Shown here piece by piece: positions 9,464-19,979 of a stretch of DNA of 64,000 bases. The notes under the pieces are model-generated. The model saw only the letters and a program-made list of their open reading frames with translations, did no database searches and was not told where the DNA came from. Every line of letters begins with the position of its first letter. Positions within the stretch are counted from its first letter, which is position 1. A program made the translations under genes and the position numbers. Origin of the DNA: Holophagales bacterium (GTDB lineage Bacteria > Acidobacteriota > Thermoanaerobaculia > UBA5066); assembly GCA_016716705.1 (NCBI GenBank), contig JADJVF010000013.1, forward strand, positions 60,101 to 124,100, read 5' to 3'.

Positions 9464-11740
9464 ATGTCCGCGCGACCGGTAAACTCCCTCTCCGGCACCG
9501 ATTCCACGCGGGAGGTCATCTTGGCCAACGAGCTCTTCCTCGGCCGTTCCGTCACGAAGGCGCCGGCGCCGCTCGCGCTCGACCCCGACGACCTGATGAC
9601 GCACGGGCTGATCGTCGGGATGACCGGGAGCGGCAAGACCGCGCTGGGAATCCTCCTGATCGAGGAGCTGCTCAAGCAGGGGATTCCCGTCCTGGCGATC
9701 GACCCGAAAGGGGACATCGGGAACCTCGCGCTCGCCTTCCCGCGGCTCGCCCCCGAAGAGTTCGCGCCGTGGGTCCCCGCCGGAGGAGAGGCGACGCCCG
9801 AGGGCGAGGCGAAGAAGTGGACCGAGGGTCTCGCGAGCTGGGGGATCACGGCGGCCGACGTCGCCTCCTATGCCGCCTCGCGTGAAGTGACGATCTTCAC
9901 CCCCGGCTCCAGGAGCGGCGTCCAGGTCGACCTGCTCGGCGCGCTCGCCCCGCCGCCCGACGGCGCGGAGAGCGAGGAGGGGCGCGACCTGATGACCGCC
10001 TTCCTCGGTGGCCTCCTCGGCCTTCTGGGGCGCGACGCCGACCCGGTCTCCTCGCGCGAGTTCATCCTCCTCGCGCGCTGCGTCGAGGAGATCTGGGCGA
10101 AAGGGGAGACCGCGACGCTCGAGTCGCTCGTCGGAGCGGCGGCCCAGCCGCCGTTCGGGGCGATCGGCGCGCTGCCGCTCGAGACGTTCTTCCCGAAGAA
10201 GGAGCGCGACGGCCTCGTCCTCGGGCTCAACAGCCTCCTCGCCTCGCCGGCGACGTCCGCTTTCCGCGGCGGCGTCCCGCTCGACATCGACGCCCTCCTC
10301 GGCGGGGGCCCGGGGCCGGCGAAGCTCTCCATCTTCTCGATCGCGCACCTCTCCGACCCCGAGCGGCTCTTCGTCGTCGCCACGCTCCTCTCGCGCGTCC
10401 GCTCCTGGCTCCGCTCGCAGCCCGGCTCCACGTCTCTGCGCGCGCTCATCTACATCGACGAGATCTTCGGCTTCTTCCCGCCGTCGGGCGAGCCGCCGAC
10501 GAAGAAGCCGCTCCTCTCGCTCCTCAAGCAGGCCCGCGCGTTCGGCGTCGGCACCGTCCTCGCCACGCAGAACCCGGTCGACCTCGACTACAAGGGGCTC
10601 TCGAACTGCGGCTGCTGGTGGGTCGGGACGCTCCAGACCGAGCGCGACCGCCGCCGCCTCGCCGACGGCCTCACCGACGCGGCCGGGCTGACCGACGTCG
10701 ACGCCCTCCTGAACCAGACGAAGAAGAGGACCTTCCTCCTCCACGACGTCCACCGGAAGGGACCGGAGATCTTCGAGACCCGCTGGGCGATGAGCTACCT
10801 GCGCGGCCCGATGACGCGCGACGAGCTGACGAAGCTGAAGAAGGCGGCGCCGGCGGCGCCCGCCTCCTCGAGTGCTGCAGCCGTCGCGGGATCGGTCGCC
10901 GCGACGGCGGTCGCCGCCGCCGCGCCCGCACCGCCGAAGCCCGCCGCCCCCGCGGGCCCGCCCATGCTCCCGTCCGAGTGGCCCGCCCGCTGGCTCGACC
11001 GCCGCGGCGGCGATCGCGCGACACCCTACCTCTGGGTGAAGTCGGCGGTCCGCTACAAGAGCGGCAAGGGAACGTCGGACGAGATCACGACGACGAAGCT
11101 CTTCCCGCTCGACGCGGCGACGCCGCGCGAGGTCGTCCAGGGGGACGTCCTCGACCTCGAAGGGAAGGAACTCCTCGACGCCGCTCCCCGGACGCTCTCG
11201 TATTCCGACCTTCCCTCCTGGCTCGGGACCAAGGGCGTGAAGGAAGCCGAGAAGGCCGTGAAGGAGCGCCTCCCGGACCTCCTCGCCACGACCCTCCTCC
11301 GCGACCCGCTGTCGGGAATCCTCTCGAACCCGGACGAGGGCGAGGACGACTTCGCCGCGCGCGTGGGCGAGAAGGCGAAGCCGTCGGCCGCCCTCGTCGA
11401 GAAGATCGAGAAGAAGCGTCGCGACCTCGCCGCCGCCGAGCAGGCCGAGAAGGCCCGCTCGATGGAGACGATGGCCTCGATGGCCGGAGCGGCCTTCGAC
11501 GTCCTCGGCGGCCTCTTCGCCAAGAAGAAGTCCTTCAAGGTCGGAAAGGTCGGCGGGGTCCTCAGCAAGCGCCGCATGGAAGGCGCCGCCGAGACGAAGA
11601 TCGAGACCCTCAAGGCCGAGCTCGAGGAGCTGGAAGCCAAGGTCGCCGCCCCCGACCCCGCCCGCTTCGAGAAGGTCGAGGTCATCCCGACGAAGACCGG
11701 AGTCGACATCCTCGGCGTCGGAGTCGCCTGGGTGAGCTGA
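9464..11740 (+). CDS. P-loop NTPase, HerA-like / DUF853 family ATPase with a long C-terminal coiled-coil and Ala/Pro-rich extension
   Basis: ELFLGRS...PLALDPDDLMTHGLIVGMTGSGKT (Walker A), LIYIDEIFGFFPP (Walker B-like) and VLATQNPVDLDY all resemble the YjgR/DUF853 family. The true start may be the TTG near 9521. Confidence 0.55.
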   Translation: MSARPVNSLSGTDSTREVILANELFLGRSVTKAPAPLALDPDDLMTHGLIVGMTGSGKTALGILLIEELLKQGIPVLAIDPKGDIGNLALAFPRLAPEEFAPWVPAGGEATPEGEAKKWTEGLASWGITAADVASYAASREVTIFTPGSRSGVQVDLLGALAPPPDGAESEEGRDLMTAFLGGLLGLLGRDADPVSSREFILLARCVEEIWAKGETATLESLVGAAAQPPFGAIGALPLETFFPKKERDGLVLGLNSLLASPATSAFRGGVPLDIDALLGGGPGPAKLSIFSIAHLSDPERLFVVATLLSRVRSWLRSQPGSTSLRALIYIDEIFGFFPPSGEPPTKKPLLSLLKQARAFGVGTVLATQNPVDLDYKGLSNCGCWWVGTLQTERDRRRLADGLTDAAGLTDVDALLNQTKKRTFLLHDVHRKGPEIFETRWAMSYLRGPMTRDELTKLKKAAPAAPASSSAAAVAGSVAATAVAAAAPAPPKPAAPAGPPMLPSEWPARWLDRRGGDRATPYLWVKSAVRYKSGKGTSDEITTTKLFPLDAATPREVVQGDVLDLEGKELLDAAPRTLSYSDLPSWLGTKGVKEAEKAVKERLPDLLATTLLRDPLSGILSNPDEGEDDFAARVGEKAKPSAALVEKIEKKRRDLAAAEQAEKARSMETMASMAGAAFDVLGGLFAKKKSFKVGKVGGVLSKRRMEGAAETKIETLKAELEELEAKVAAPDPARFEKVEVIPTKTGVDILGVGVAWVS

Positions 11741-12400
11741 CCGGGAGCTGGGAGACCGGGAATCGTCGGGTCACTTCATCGTGCCGCACGAGCCGCGGCC
11801 GGGAGGGACGTCCCACGGCGGCTCCTGCGCTCGCGCGACCCGCATCGACTCCGCTGCGCGGGCCGCCGGGGCGCGCGCGAACTCGCTTCGCTCAAACAGC
11901 GCACGCGCCTGATCCGGCGACCTGCTCGCGAAGTCGTGCGGGGCCCCGCGCGTGCTCGGACGCCGCTCGCGGGACGCCCCTCCCGTCCGCTCAGACCTGT
12001 CGATATTCGAGCGTTTCATTAGCTACCAGAAAGCTCAGACGGGGCCTGGTCTAAGCAGGGGTCCATCAGAAGGGGTCTGGTCTACGCTCTACACTCTGCG
12101 TGGCGCCTGCTTCTGCCGCAAGAATGGCCCGACGATAGCTGTCCCGCGTCTTTGCCCGGTTCCTGAGCCCCTCCTCCCCAGCCCGGAGAGAGATCTCTTG
12201 TCCGGGGTGGCATCGGCCCTTCCTGTCCCGGGCGGCCGAGCCACGGGGGTGGGTCTCGCGAGCCCCCCACCCGGCCGCAGTGAACTCGGAAGCGGGTCGG
12301 CTGCGCGCAGCAGGCGGCCGTGGGACCCACCCCGGGGCGAGGCTCCCCCTCCCCGGTGCTCCCGGCGGCCTCTCCCCGGTCGCTCTCTCGGGCCCTTCCC

Positions 12401-12748
12401 CTATTCCTGCTTCTTCGTCCCCAGGATGACGAGGACGATCAGGAGGAGGAGGACGATCAGGCCGATGACGATGGTCGTCGTCTGGGAGGTGCCGGCGGGG
12501 ACTTCCGGGGCCGGGGCCGGGACGGCGGCGTGTCCGGGGGGGGCCTCAGGGGCGGCGGCCGGAGCGACCGTCTCGGTGGTGGCCGGGGCAGGGGCTTCGG
12601 TCGTCGCCGGGGCGGCCTCGGTGGCGGGAGCCGGGGCGGCGGCCGTCGTGGCCGGAGCCGAGGCGGTGGCGGGGGTCTGGGCGAGAGCGCACGGAGCCGC
12701 GAGGAGGACCAGAGCGGTCAGCATCGCGGCGAGGGGGCGGAGGGTCAT
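12401..12748 (-). CDS. small exported protein with an Ala/Pro/Thr-rich low-complexity region and a C-terminal membrane anchor
   Basis: It has a convincing signal peptide ([23 protein letters not shown]), an APT-rich stretch, and a hydrophobic TM segment ([18 protein letters not shown]) ending in KKQE. Confidence 0.4.
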   Translation of the reverse strand: MTLRPLAAMLTALVLLAAPCALAQTPATASAPATTAAAPAPATEAAPATTEAPAPATTETVAPAAAPEAPPGHAAVPAPAPEVPAGTSQTTTIVIGLIVLLLLIVLVILGTKKQE

Positions 12749-12807
12749 CGGGTCTCCTTTCCTTCCAGCGGGTGAACGCTAGCAGGAGGCCGGGAAATCG
12801 GGAAGGG

Positions 12808-13170
12808 TCACGCCTCGGGGCACTTGCCGCAGAGCATCTGGATTTCCCCCGCCAGGGCCTCGGCTTCCGCGAGGAGCGCGTCGGCCTCGGAGCCGGGGAC
12901 GAACAGCCGGAGTTCGGGGGAGAGGAGGAGCTGCCGGAGCTCGGCGACGCGGGCGGCGGCGTCGGAGAGCCTCTGGCGGCAGTCACCGGCGCCTGTGTCG
13001 AGGAAGGCGTCGGCGACGAGCGAGGGAACGGCGAGGGCGGCGCGCCTGAGGCGCGGACCGGAATCGCCCGGAAGGTCGCCTGCCCCCTCGAGCGCGGCGC
13101 AGACCTCGTGGGCGAGGCCGAGGGCCTTCCGCCAGGCGGGGGTCTCGCGCACATCCATCGTCTGAAGCAT
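12808..13170 (-). CDS. four-helix-bundle protein (TIGR02436-type, '23S rRNA intervening-sequence protein'-like)
   Basis: The 120-aa protein carries the [17 protein letters not shown] motif characteristic of this family. Confidence 0.45.
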   Translation of the reverse strand: MLQTMDVRETPAWRKALGLAHEVCAALEGAGDLPGDSGPRLRRAALAVPSLVADAFLDTGAGDCRQRLSDAAARVAELRQLLLSPELRLFVPGSEADALLAEAEALAGEIQMLCGKCPEA

Positions 13171-13302
13171 ATACGGACGAGGGGGGGCCGGCGTTCCGAC
13201 CGCTGGTTCCTCTTCTCGCTTCCCCGACCCCCTGCTACGCTTCCCGATCGGACCGGATCAGTCCCGGCGGGGGCCGGAATATTCGAGAGCAGGGGGAGAA
13301 AG

Positions 13303-14229
13303 ATGCGACGTAAGGTCACCGTCATCGGAGCAGGGAACGTCGGGGCGACCGCCGCCCAGAGAATCGTCGAGAAGGAGCTCGCGGACGTCGTCCTCGTCGA
13401 CGTGGTCGACGGCATTCCCCAGGGCAAGGGCCTCGACATGTACCAGTCGGGAGCCGTCGAAGGCTTCGACATGAAGATCGTCGGCTCCAGCGGTTTCGAG
13501 GAAACCGAGGGGTCCGACCTCTGCATCATGACGGCCGGCCTCGCCCGCAAGCCCGGCATGTCCCGCGACGACCTCCTGAAGAAGAACGAGGAGATCGTGG
13601 CCGACTGCATCGCCAAGGTGACGCGCTACTCGCGCGACCTGACGATCATCGTCGTCACGAACCCCCTCGACGCGATGTGCGAGGTTGCCCGCCGCGTCTC
13701 GAAGCTCCCGAAGCACAAGGTCGTCGGCATGGCCGGCATCCTCGACGCCTCCCGGATGCGCGCCTTCATCGCGATGGAGATGAACGTCTCGATGGCGAAC
13801 ATCCACGCGACGGTCCTCGGCGGACACGGGGATACGATGGTTCCGCTCCCGCGGTACTCCACGGTCGCCGGCGTCCCGATCACCGAGCTCCTCTCCCCCG
13901 AGAAGGTCGCGGCGATCGTGAAGCGGACGGCGGGCGGCGGCGCGGAGATCGTCAACTTCCTGAAGACCGGGTCGGCCTACTACGCCCCGTCGGCCGCGGC
14001 CGTCGAGATGGCCGACGCCATCTTCAACGACAAGAAGAAGATCCTCCCCTGCGCCGCCTACCTCGAGGGGGAGTACGGGATCAACGGCCTCTACGTCGGC
14101 GTCCCCGTCGTTCTCGGCAAGAACGGCATCGAGAAGATCATCGAGCTGAAACTGACGCCGGAAGAGCTCGCGGCCCTGAAGAAGTCGGCCGCCTCCGTCG
14201 CCGAGCTCTGCGGGCTGCTGACCTGCTGA
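13303..14229 (+). CDS. mdh: malate dehydrogenase (LDH-like MDH family)
   Basis: [19 protein letters not shown]..., the catalytic region [11 protein letters not shown], and GGHGDTMVP. An AGGGGGAGAAAG RBS sits upstream of the ATG at 13303. The upstream part of the long ORF is artefact. Confidence 0.9.
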   Translation: MRRKVTVIGAGNVGATAAQRIVEKELADVVLVDVVDGIPQGKGLDMYQSGAVEGFDMKIVGSSGFEETEGSDLCIMTAGLARKPGMSRDDLLKKNEEIVADCIAKVTRYSRDLTIIVVTNPLDAMCEVARRVSKLPKHKVVGMAGILDASRMRAFIAMEMNVSMANIHATVLGGHGDTMVPLPRYSTVAGVPITELLSPEKVAAIVKRTAGGGAEIVNFLKTGSAYYAPSAAAVEMADAIFNDKKKILPCAAYLEGEYGINGLYVGVPVVLGKNGIEKIIELKLTPEELAALKKSAASVAELCGLLTC

Positions 14230-14236
14230 ACGAGAG

Positions 14237-14917
14237 ATGAGCGCGATTCCTGCAACCGCGGAAAGACCGGCGTTCGGCTCCATCGCCCTCAAGGCGCTGA
14301 TGGCCCTGACCGGTCTCGTCCTCTTCGGCTTCGTCTTCATCCACATGGTCGGGAACCTCCAGCTCTACTCGGGACCGGAGAAGATCAACAAGTACGCGGC
14401 ATTCCTCAAGGGGACGCCGGCGGTCCTCTGGGGGTTCCGGTGCACGCTGCTCGCGGCGGTCGGCCTCCACGCCGTCGCCGCCTTCACGCTCTGGAGGCGG
14501 AACCTCGCCGCACGGCCGGTCGGCTACGCCAGCCAGGACTTCCAGGCCGCCTCGATCACCTCGCGGACGATGTACTGGACCGGTCCGATCCTCGGCCTCT
14601 TCATCGTCTACCACCTCCTGCACCTCACGGTGGGCTCGGTCCACCCGAGCTTCAGCCACACCGACGTCTACTCGAACGTCGTCACGGCCTTCTCGAACCC
14701 GGCCGTCTCGATCTTCTACATCCTCGCCATGGTCGCCCTCGGCTTCCACCTCTTCCACGGGGCCGTCAGCCTCTTCCAGACCCTGGGGCTGCGAACGCCG
14801 AAGTACGAGAAGCCGCTGAAGGCGGTCCTGATGGTCGTCTCCACCGTGATCGTCGTCGTGAACATCTCCTTCCCGATCGCGGTCCTGGCCGGGCTCGTCC
14901 GCCCGGTGGCGAGCTAG
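14237..14917 (+). CDS. sdhC: succinate dehydrogenase cytochrome b subunit (5-TM, B. subtilis SdhC type)
   Basis: A 226-aa membrane protein with conserved His residues in its TM helices. It starts 8 bp after mdh and lies directly upstream of sdhA. Confidence 0.8.
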   Translation: MSAIPATAERPAFGSIALKALMALTGLVLFGFVFIHMVGNLQLYSGPEKINKYAAFLKGTPAVLWGFRCTLLAAVGLHAVAAFTLWRRNLAARPVGYASQDFQAASITSRTMYWTGPILGLFIVYHLLHLTVGSVHPSFSHTDVYSNVVTAFSNPAVSIFYILAMVALGFHLFHGAVSLFQTLGLRTPKYEKPLKAVLMVVSTVIVVVNISFPIAVLAGLVRPVAS

Positions 14918-14928
14918 GAGGTCGCGAA

Positions 14929-16844
14929 ATGGAACTCGACGGCAAGTGCCCCACCGGCCCCATGGAGTCGCGCTGGACGCGTCACAAGGCCGCCATCAAG
15001 CTCATCAACCCGGCGAACAAGCGGAAGTACAAGCTCATCATGGTCGGCTCCGGCCTCGCGGGCGCCTCGGGCGCGGCGAGCCTCGCCGAGCTCGGCTACG
15101 AGGTCTCCTGCTTCTGCTACCAGGACAGCCCCCGCCGCGCGCACTCCATCGCCGCGCAGGGCGGCATCAACGCGGCGAAGAACTACCAGAACGACGGCGA
15201 CAGCGTCTACCGCCTCTTCTACGACACGGTGAAGGGGGGCGACTTCCGCGCCCGCGAGTCGAACGTCCACCGCCTCGCCGAGGTGAGCAACGACATCATC
15301 AACCAGTGCGTCGCGCAGGGCGTCCCGTTCGGGCGCGAGTACGGCGGGACGCTCGGGAACCGCTCCTTCGGAGGCGCGCAGGTCTCGCGGACGTTCTACG
15401 CGCGGGGCCAGACGGGGCAGCAGCTCCTCATCGGCGCCTACCAGGCGCTCGAGAGGCAGATCGGCCTCGGCAAGGTGAAGATGTACCCGCGCACCGAGAT
15501 GCTCGACCTCATCGTGGTCGACGGCGTCGCGCGCGGCATCGTCGTCCGCGACATGGTCACCGGCAAGGTCTCGAGCCACCTCGCCGACGCGGTCATGCTC
15601 GCCACGGGCGGCTACGGGAACGGCTACTTCCTCTCGACGAACGCGAAGGGCTGCAACGCCACCGCCATCTGGCGCGCGCACCGGCGCGGCGCCTACTTCG
15701 CGAACCCCTGCTACACGCAGATCCACCCCACCTGCATCCCGGTCCACGGCGAGAACCAGAGCAAGCTGACGCTCATGTCCGAGTCGCTCCGCAACGACGG
15801 CCGGATCTGGGTGCCGCTGAAGAAGGGGGAGACCCGGAAGGCCGCCGACATCCCCGAGGCCGAGCGCGACTACTACCTCGAGCGCAAGTACCCCAGCTTC
15901 GGCAACCTCGCCCCCCGCGACATCTCCTCCCGCGCGGCCAAGCAGGTCTGCGACGAGGGGCGCGGCGTCGGGCCCGGGCGGCCAGGGCGTCTACCTCGAC
16001 TTCGCCGAGTCGATCGGACGGCTCGGAGAGGGCGTCATCCGCGAGCGGTACGGGAACCTCTTCGAGATGTACGAGAGGATCACCGACGAGAACCCGTACA
16101 AGGTCCCGATGCGGATCTACCCGGCCGTCCACTACACGATGGGCGGCCTCTGGGTCGACTACAACCTCATGTCGAACGTCCCGGGGCTCTTCGTCCTCGG
16201 CGAGGCGAACTTCTCCGACCACGGCGCGAACCGGCTCGGCGCCTCGGCCCTCATGCAGGGGCTCGCCGACGGCTACTTCGTCATCCCCTACACCATCGGC
16301 AACTACCTCGCGCAGGGAAAGCCCGCGAAGGTCGACGCCTCCCACCCGGCGGTGAAGGCGGCCGAGGCCGACGTCAACGAACGGACGAAGAAGCTCCTCT
16401 CCATCAAGGGGAAGCGGACCGTCGACTCGCTCCACAAGCAGCTCGGACTCCTCATGTGGGAGAACTGCGGCATGGGCCGGACCCGGGCGCGCCTCGAGCT
16501 GGGGATCGCGAAGATCCCGGAGGTTCGCGAGGAGTTCTGGAAGAACGTCTTCGTCCCCGGGAGCGGCGACGACCTGAACGTCGCGCTCGAGAAGGCGGGG
16601 CGGCTCGCCGACTTCTTCGAGCTCGACGAGCTGATCTGCCGCGACGCCCTCGCCCGCGAGGAGTCGTGCGGCGGCCACTTCCGCGAGGAGTACCAGACGC
16701 CGGACGGCGAGGCGCTGCGCAACGACGAGAAGTTCTGCCCACGTCGCGGCCTGGGAGTGGAAGGGGGAGGGGGCGACGCCCGAGCGCCACACGGAGGCGC
16801 TCACGTTCGAGTCCGTCCACCTCGCCACGAGGAGCTACAAGTAA
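14929..16844 (+). CDS. sdhA: succinate dehydrogenase flavoprotein subunit; interrupted by two 1-bp frameshifts at G/C homopolymers (near 15975 and near 16738)
   Basis: FAD-binding N-terminus ([20 protein letters not shown]) and [11 protein letters not shown]. With one base removed near 15975 the protein reads ...[20 protein letters not shown]... With one C removed near 16738 it reads the conserved C-terminus [13 protein letters not shown]...HLATRSYK*. Confidence 0.9.
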
Positions 16845-17638
16845 TGAGCGGCGACAAGGACATCAACATCAAGGTCCGCATCTGGCGGCAGAAGGGGCCT
16901 TCCGACAAGGGCGGCCTCGTCACCTACGACGTCCCGGGCGTCAGCACCGGCTCCTCCTTCCTCGAGATGCTCGACCTCGTCAGCGAGCGCCTCATGGAGA
17001 AGGGCGAGGAGCCGGTCGCCCTCGACCACGACTGCCGCGAGGGGATCTGCGGCGCCTGCTCGCTCGTCATCAACGGCGTCCCGCACGGGCCGCGCTCGGC
17101 GACGACGACCTGCCAGCTCCACATGAGGAGCTTTGCGGACGGCCAGACGATCACCGTCGAGCCGTTCCGGGCGAAGGCGTTCCCCGTCATCAAGGACCTC
17201 ATCGTCGACCGGTCGGCCTACGACCGGATCATCGCCGCGGGCGGCTTCGTCTCGGTGAACACCGGCGTCGGGGTCGACGCGAACGCGATCCCGGTCCGGA
17301 AGGAAGACGCCGAGCTCGCGATGGACGCGGCGGCGTGCATCGGCTGCGGCGCCTGCGCCGCGGCCTGCCCGAACGCCTCGGCCATGCTCTTCGTCGGGGC
17401 GAAGGTCTCGCACCTCGGCCTCCTGCCGCAGGGGCAGCCCGAGAGGCAGGACCGCGTCCTGAAGATGGTCGCGCAGATGGACGCCGAGGGCTTCGGCGCC
17501 TGCACGAACATGGGCGAGTGCGAGGCTGCCTGTCCCAAGGAGATCAAGCTCGAGGTCATCGCGAGGATGAACCGCGACTACCTCGGGGCCACGCTCACGA
17601 AGCGGCCCAAGGGGGCCGAGAAGGGCGGAGGGGCCTGA
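16844..17638 (+). CDS. sdhB: succinate dehydrogenase iron-sulfur subunit
   Basis: It has a 2Fe-2S cluster region ([10 protein letters not shown]), a 4Fe-4S cluster ([12 protein letters not shown]) and a 3Fe-4S cluster ([12 protein letters not shown]). It shares a TAATG stop/start overlap with sdhA. Confidence 0.9.
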   Translation: MSGDKDINIKVRIWRQKGPSDKGGLVTYDVPGVSTGSSFLEMLDLVSERLMEKGEEPVALDHDCREGICGACSLVINGVPHGPRSATTTCQLHMRSFADGQTITVEPFRAKAFPVIKDLIVDRSAYDRIIAAGGFVSVNTGVGVDANAIPVRKEDAELAMDAAACIGCGACAAACPNASAMLFVGAKVSHLGLLPQGQPERQDRVLKMVAQMDAEGFGACTNMGECEAACPKEIKLEVIARMNRDYLGATLTKRPKGAEKGGGA

Positions 17639-17664
17639 GGCGCACGATCCAGACGAGAAAGACG

Positions 17665-17701
17665 GACGCGGCCGGGGGTGACCCCGGCCGCGTCTGTTTC
17701 C
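17665..17701 (+). terminator. rho-independent terminator after sdhB
   Basis: A perfect 13-bp inverted repeat GACGCGGCCGGGG-gtga-CCCCGGCCGCGTC followed by TGTTTCC. Confidence 0.6.
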
Positions 17702-17768
17702 GAGGCGGCTCCGGGTCCCGCCGGAGATTCGGATTGACCTCGCGAGGGGTGCGCCCTAGGCTCCGGAT

Positions 17769-18875
17769 TTGAGCTTGAGCGAAGACCGCAAGACCAAGTC
17801 CCCACCGGTTCCGGGAGTCGTCGTCGTCGGGGTCTGGCCGGAGACGACCGGCGAGCAGCTGGAGCACCTCCGGGCGGCCCTCGTCCTCGAGGGGTTCTCG
17901 GCCCACATCTCCCGGGGAGAGACCCGGACGATCCTCGTCTGCGTCGGCGACGCCTCGCCGATGAACATGGCCGCCCTGATGGTCCTTCCCGGGGTCGAGT
18001 CGGTGACGCCGGTGAGGAAGCCCTACAAGCTCGCCGCCCGGGAATCCTCGGTGGACCCCACGGTCGTGAGGGTCCCGTCGGCACGGGGCCCGGTCGACGT
18101 CGGAGGGAAGGAGCTCGTCGTCATCGCGGGCCCCTGCTCCGTCGAGGCGGAGCCGATGCTCCTCGAGACGGCGCACGCCGTTCGCTCGGCCGGGGCCAGG
18201 ATGCTCCGCGGCGGCGCGTTCAAGCCCCGCACCTCTCCCTACTCCTTCCAGGGGCTCGGTGGGGAGGCGCTCGAGATGCTGGCCCGCGTCCGGGAGGAAA
18301 CGGGCCTGCCCATCGTTTCCGAGGTGATGGACACGCGCGAGGTCGAGCGGATGGCCGAGATGGTCGACGTCCTGCAGGTCGGCGCGCGCAACATGCAGAA
18401 CTTCCCCCTCCTCACGGAGGTCGGGCGGACGCGGCGGCCGGTCCTCCTGAAGCGGGGGCTCTCGGCGCGCATCGAGGAGCTCCTGATGGCGGCGGAATAC
18501 GTGATGGCCCAGGGGAATCGAAACGTCATCCTCTGCGAACGCGGCATCCGGACCTTCGAGCCGGCGACGCGGAACACGCTCGACATCGCGGCGATCCCGG
18601 TCCTGAAGGCGGAGACGCACCTCCCGGTGATCGTCGACCCGAGCCACGCCGGGGGCCGTCCCGACCTGGTGGGCCCCCTTTCCTACGCCGCCGTCGCGGC
18701 CGGCGCGGACGGGCTGATCATCGAGGTCCACCCCTGCCCCGAGCAGGCGCTTTCCGACGGCGACCAGGCGCTCGAGCCGGTACAGTTCGCCGACCTGATG
18801 CAGCACCTCGGCGTCTTCGCGGTCGCCGCGGGACGAACCCTGGCGACGGCCGATCCGGCCCGGAGGGAGCCATGA
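17769..18875 (+). CDS. 3-deoxy-7-phosphoheptulonate (DAHP) synthase, type I-beta, with an N-terminal ferredoxin-like regulatory domain
   Basis: KDO8PS/DAHPS core ([34 protein letters not shown]) preceded by an ~85-aa N-terminal domain. It uses a TTG start. Confidence 0.85.
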   Translation: MSLSEDRKTKSPPVPGVVVVGVWPETTGEQLEHLRAALVLEGFSAHISRGETRTILVCVGDASPMNMAALMVLPGVESVTPVRKPYKLAARESSVDPTVVRVPSARGPVDVGGKELVVIAGPCSVEAEPMLLETAHAVRSAGARMLRGGAFKPRTSPYSFQGLGGEALEMLARVREETGLPIVSEVMDTREVERMAEMVDVLQVGARNMQNFPLLTEVGRTRRPVLLKRGLSARIEELLMAAEYVMAQGNRNVILCERGIRTFEPATRNTLDIAAIPVLKAETHLPVIVDPSHAGGRPDLVGPLSYAAVAAGADGLIIEVHPCPEQALSDGDQALEPVQFADLMQHLGVFAVAAGRTLATADPARREP

Positions 18876-19173
18876 GCCCCGAGCACGGCGGCGGCACCCG
18901 GAATCGCCGGAGCTGGCGCGCCTCAGAGAGCGGATCGAGCAGACCGACCGCGACATCGTCGATCTCGTGAAGCATCGCGTGGAGCTGGCGCTCGAGGCCG
19001 GCCGGCTCAAGCGGCTCATCGGAGCCCCGGTGTTCGACCCGGAACGCGAGCGCGAGGTGGAGCACCTCGTGCTCGACTACGCCACCCAGTCCGGCCTCGA
19101 CGAATCCCACATGCGGCTGGTCGTCCGCGGGCTCATCGCCCTCGCGCGCAGCAGCCAGGAGCGAGAGCCATGA
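18872..19173 (+). CDS. chorismate mutase (AroQ class); frame broken by an apparent 1-bp deletion near 18895
   Basis: The ATG at 18872 overlaps the DAHPS stop (ATGA). After a +1 shift in a C-run the frame reads PESPELARLRERIEQTDRDIVDLVKHRVELALEAGRLKRLIGAPVFDPEREREV..., a typical AroQ helix-1/helix-2 pattern. Confidence 0.65.
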
Positions 19174-19979
19174 GCAGCCCACGATCCGCGGCCGGCGGGG
19201 CGAACGCGCCCGCCCCGCTCCCCGACGAGATGCCGGTCCCGGTCACGCCCGGCGGCGTCCCGACCGACGACATCTTCGCCGCGAACCAGCGGCCCGCGGA
19301 CTTCACCTTCGACCGGCGGACCGTCGGCGTCTTCGACGACATGGTCAACCGCTCGGTCCCCTTCTACGGCGAGATCCAGAGGATGACGACCGAGCTGGCC
19401 GCCGACTTCGCGGTCCCGGGGAGCACGCTCTACGACTTCGGCTGCTCCACGGCGACGACGATGCTCGCCCTCGAGAACTCCGTCTCCCCGGACGTGCGCT
19501 TCGTCGGCTTCGACAACTCGGAGGAGATGCTCGGCCGGGCACGGCAGAAGCTCGCGGCCGCCCCGAGCCCCCGCCCGCGCGAGGTGCGTTTCCTCGACCT
19601 CCACGAACCGTTCGCGATCGAGGACGGGTCGGTCGCCGTGATGCTCTTCACGCTCCAGTTCGTCCGGCCGCTCCACCGGGAGAGGGTCATCCGCTCGATC
19701 GCCTCCGGCCTGCGCCACAACGGGGCGCTGATCCTGGTGGAGAAGGTCATCGAGAGCGACACGCTCTTCAACCGGCTCTTCATCGACCACTACTACGGCA
19801 TGAAGCGGCGGCACGGCTACTCGGAGATGGAGATCTCCCAGAAGCGGGAGGCTCTCGAGAACGTGCTGATCCCGTACCGGCTGGACGAGAACCGAGCCCT
19901 CCTTCTCGAGAACGGCTTCTCGCAGGTGCAGGAGTTCTTCCGCTGGTACAACTTCGCCGGCCTGGTGGCCGTCCGTTGA
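19170..19979 (+). CDS. cmoA: carboxy-S-adenosyl-L-methionine synthase CmoA homolog (prephenate-dependent)
   Basis: Strong motif conservation with E. coli CmoA: FTFDRRTVGVFDDMVNRSVPFYGEIQ, YDFGCSTATTML, LFTLQFVRPL, GYSEMEISQKREALENV, NFAGLVAVR. Its start overlaps the chorismate-mutase stop (ATGA). Confidence 0.75.
   Translation: MSSPRSAAGGANAPAPLPDEMPVPVTPGGVPTDDIFAANQRPADFTFDRRTVGVFDDMVNRSVPFYGEIQRMTTELAADFAVPGSTLYDFGCSTATTMLALENSVSPDVRFVGFDNSEEMLGRARQKLAAAPSPRPREVRFLDLHEPFAIEDGSVAVMLFTLQFVRPLHRERVIRSIASGLRHNGALILVEKVIESDTLFNRLFIDHYYGMKRRHGYSEMEISQKREALENVLIPYRLDENRALLLENGFSQVQEFFRWYNFAGLVAVR

Noticed and set aside
11771-12019. The 82-aa minus-strand ORF MKRSNIDRSERTGG... inside the AT-rich island.
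   Set aside because: It has odd composition, no signal or domain, and begins in the only AT-rich patch. It is likely spurious.
11740-12400. Possible structured ncRNA (tmRNA, RNase P, SRP, 6S) or tRNA in the largest non-coding gap.
   Set aside because: I could not find hallmark motifs such as a T-loop GGTTCGAATCC, a tmRNA tag ORF ending in CCA, the RNase P GGAAAGUCCGG motif or SRP domain IV. It is left as an unassigned AT-rich island in the findings.
13303-17638. The mdh-sdhCAB arrangement and the nearby sucCD and ndk genes as something unusual.
   Set aside because: This is ordinary TCA-cycle gene clustering. Only the frameshift artefacts in sdhA and sucC are noteworthy.
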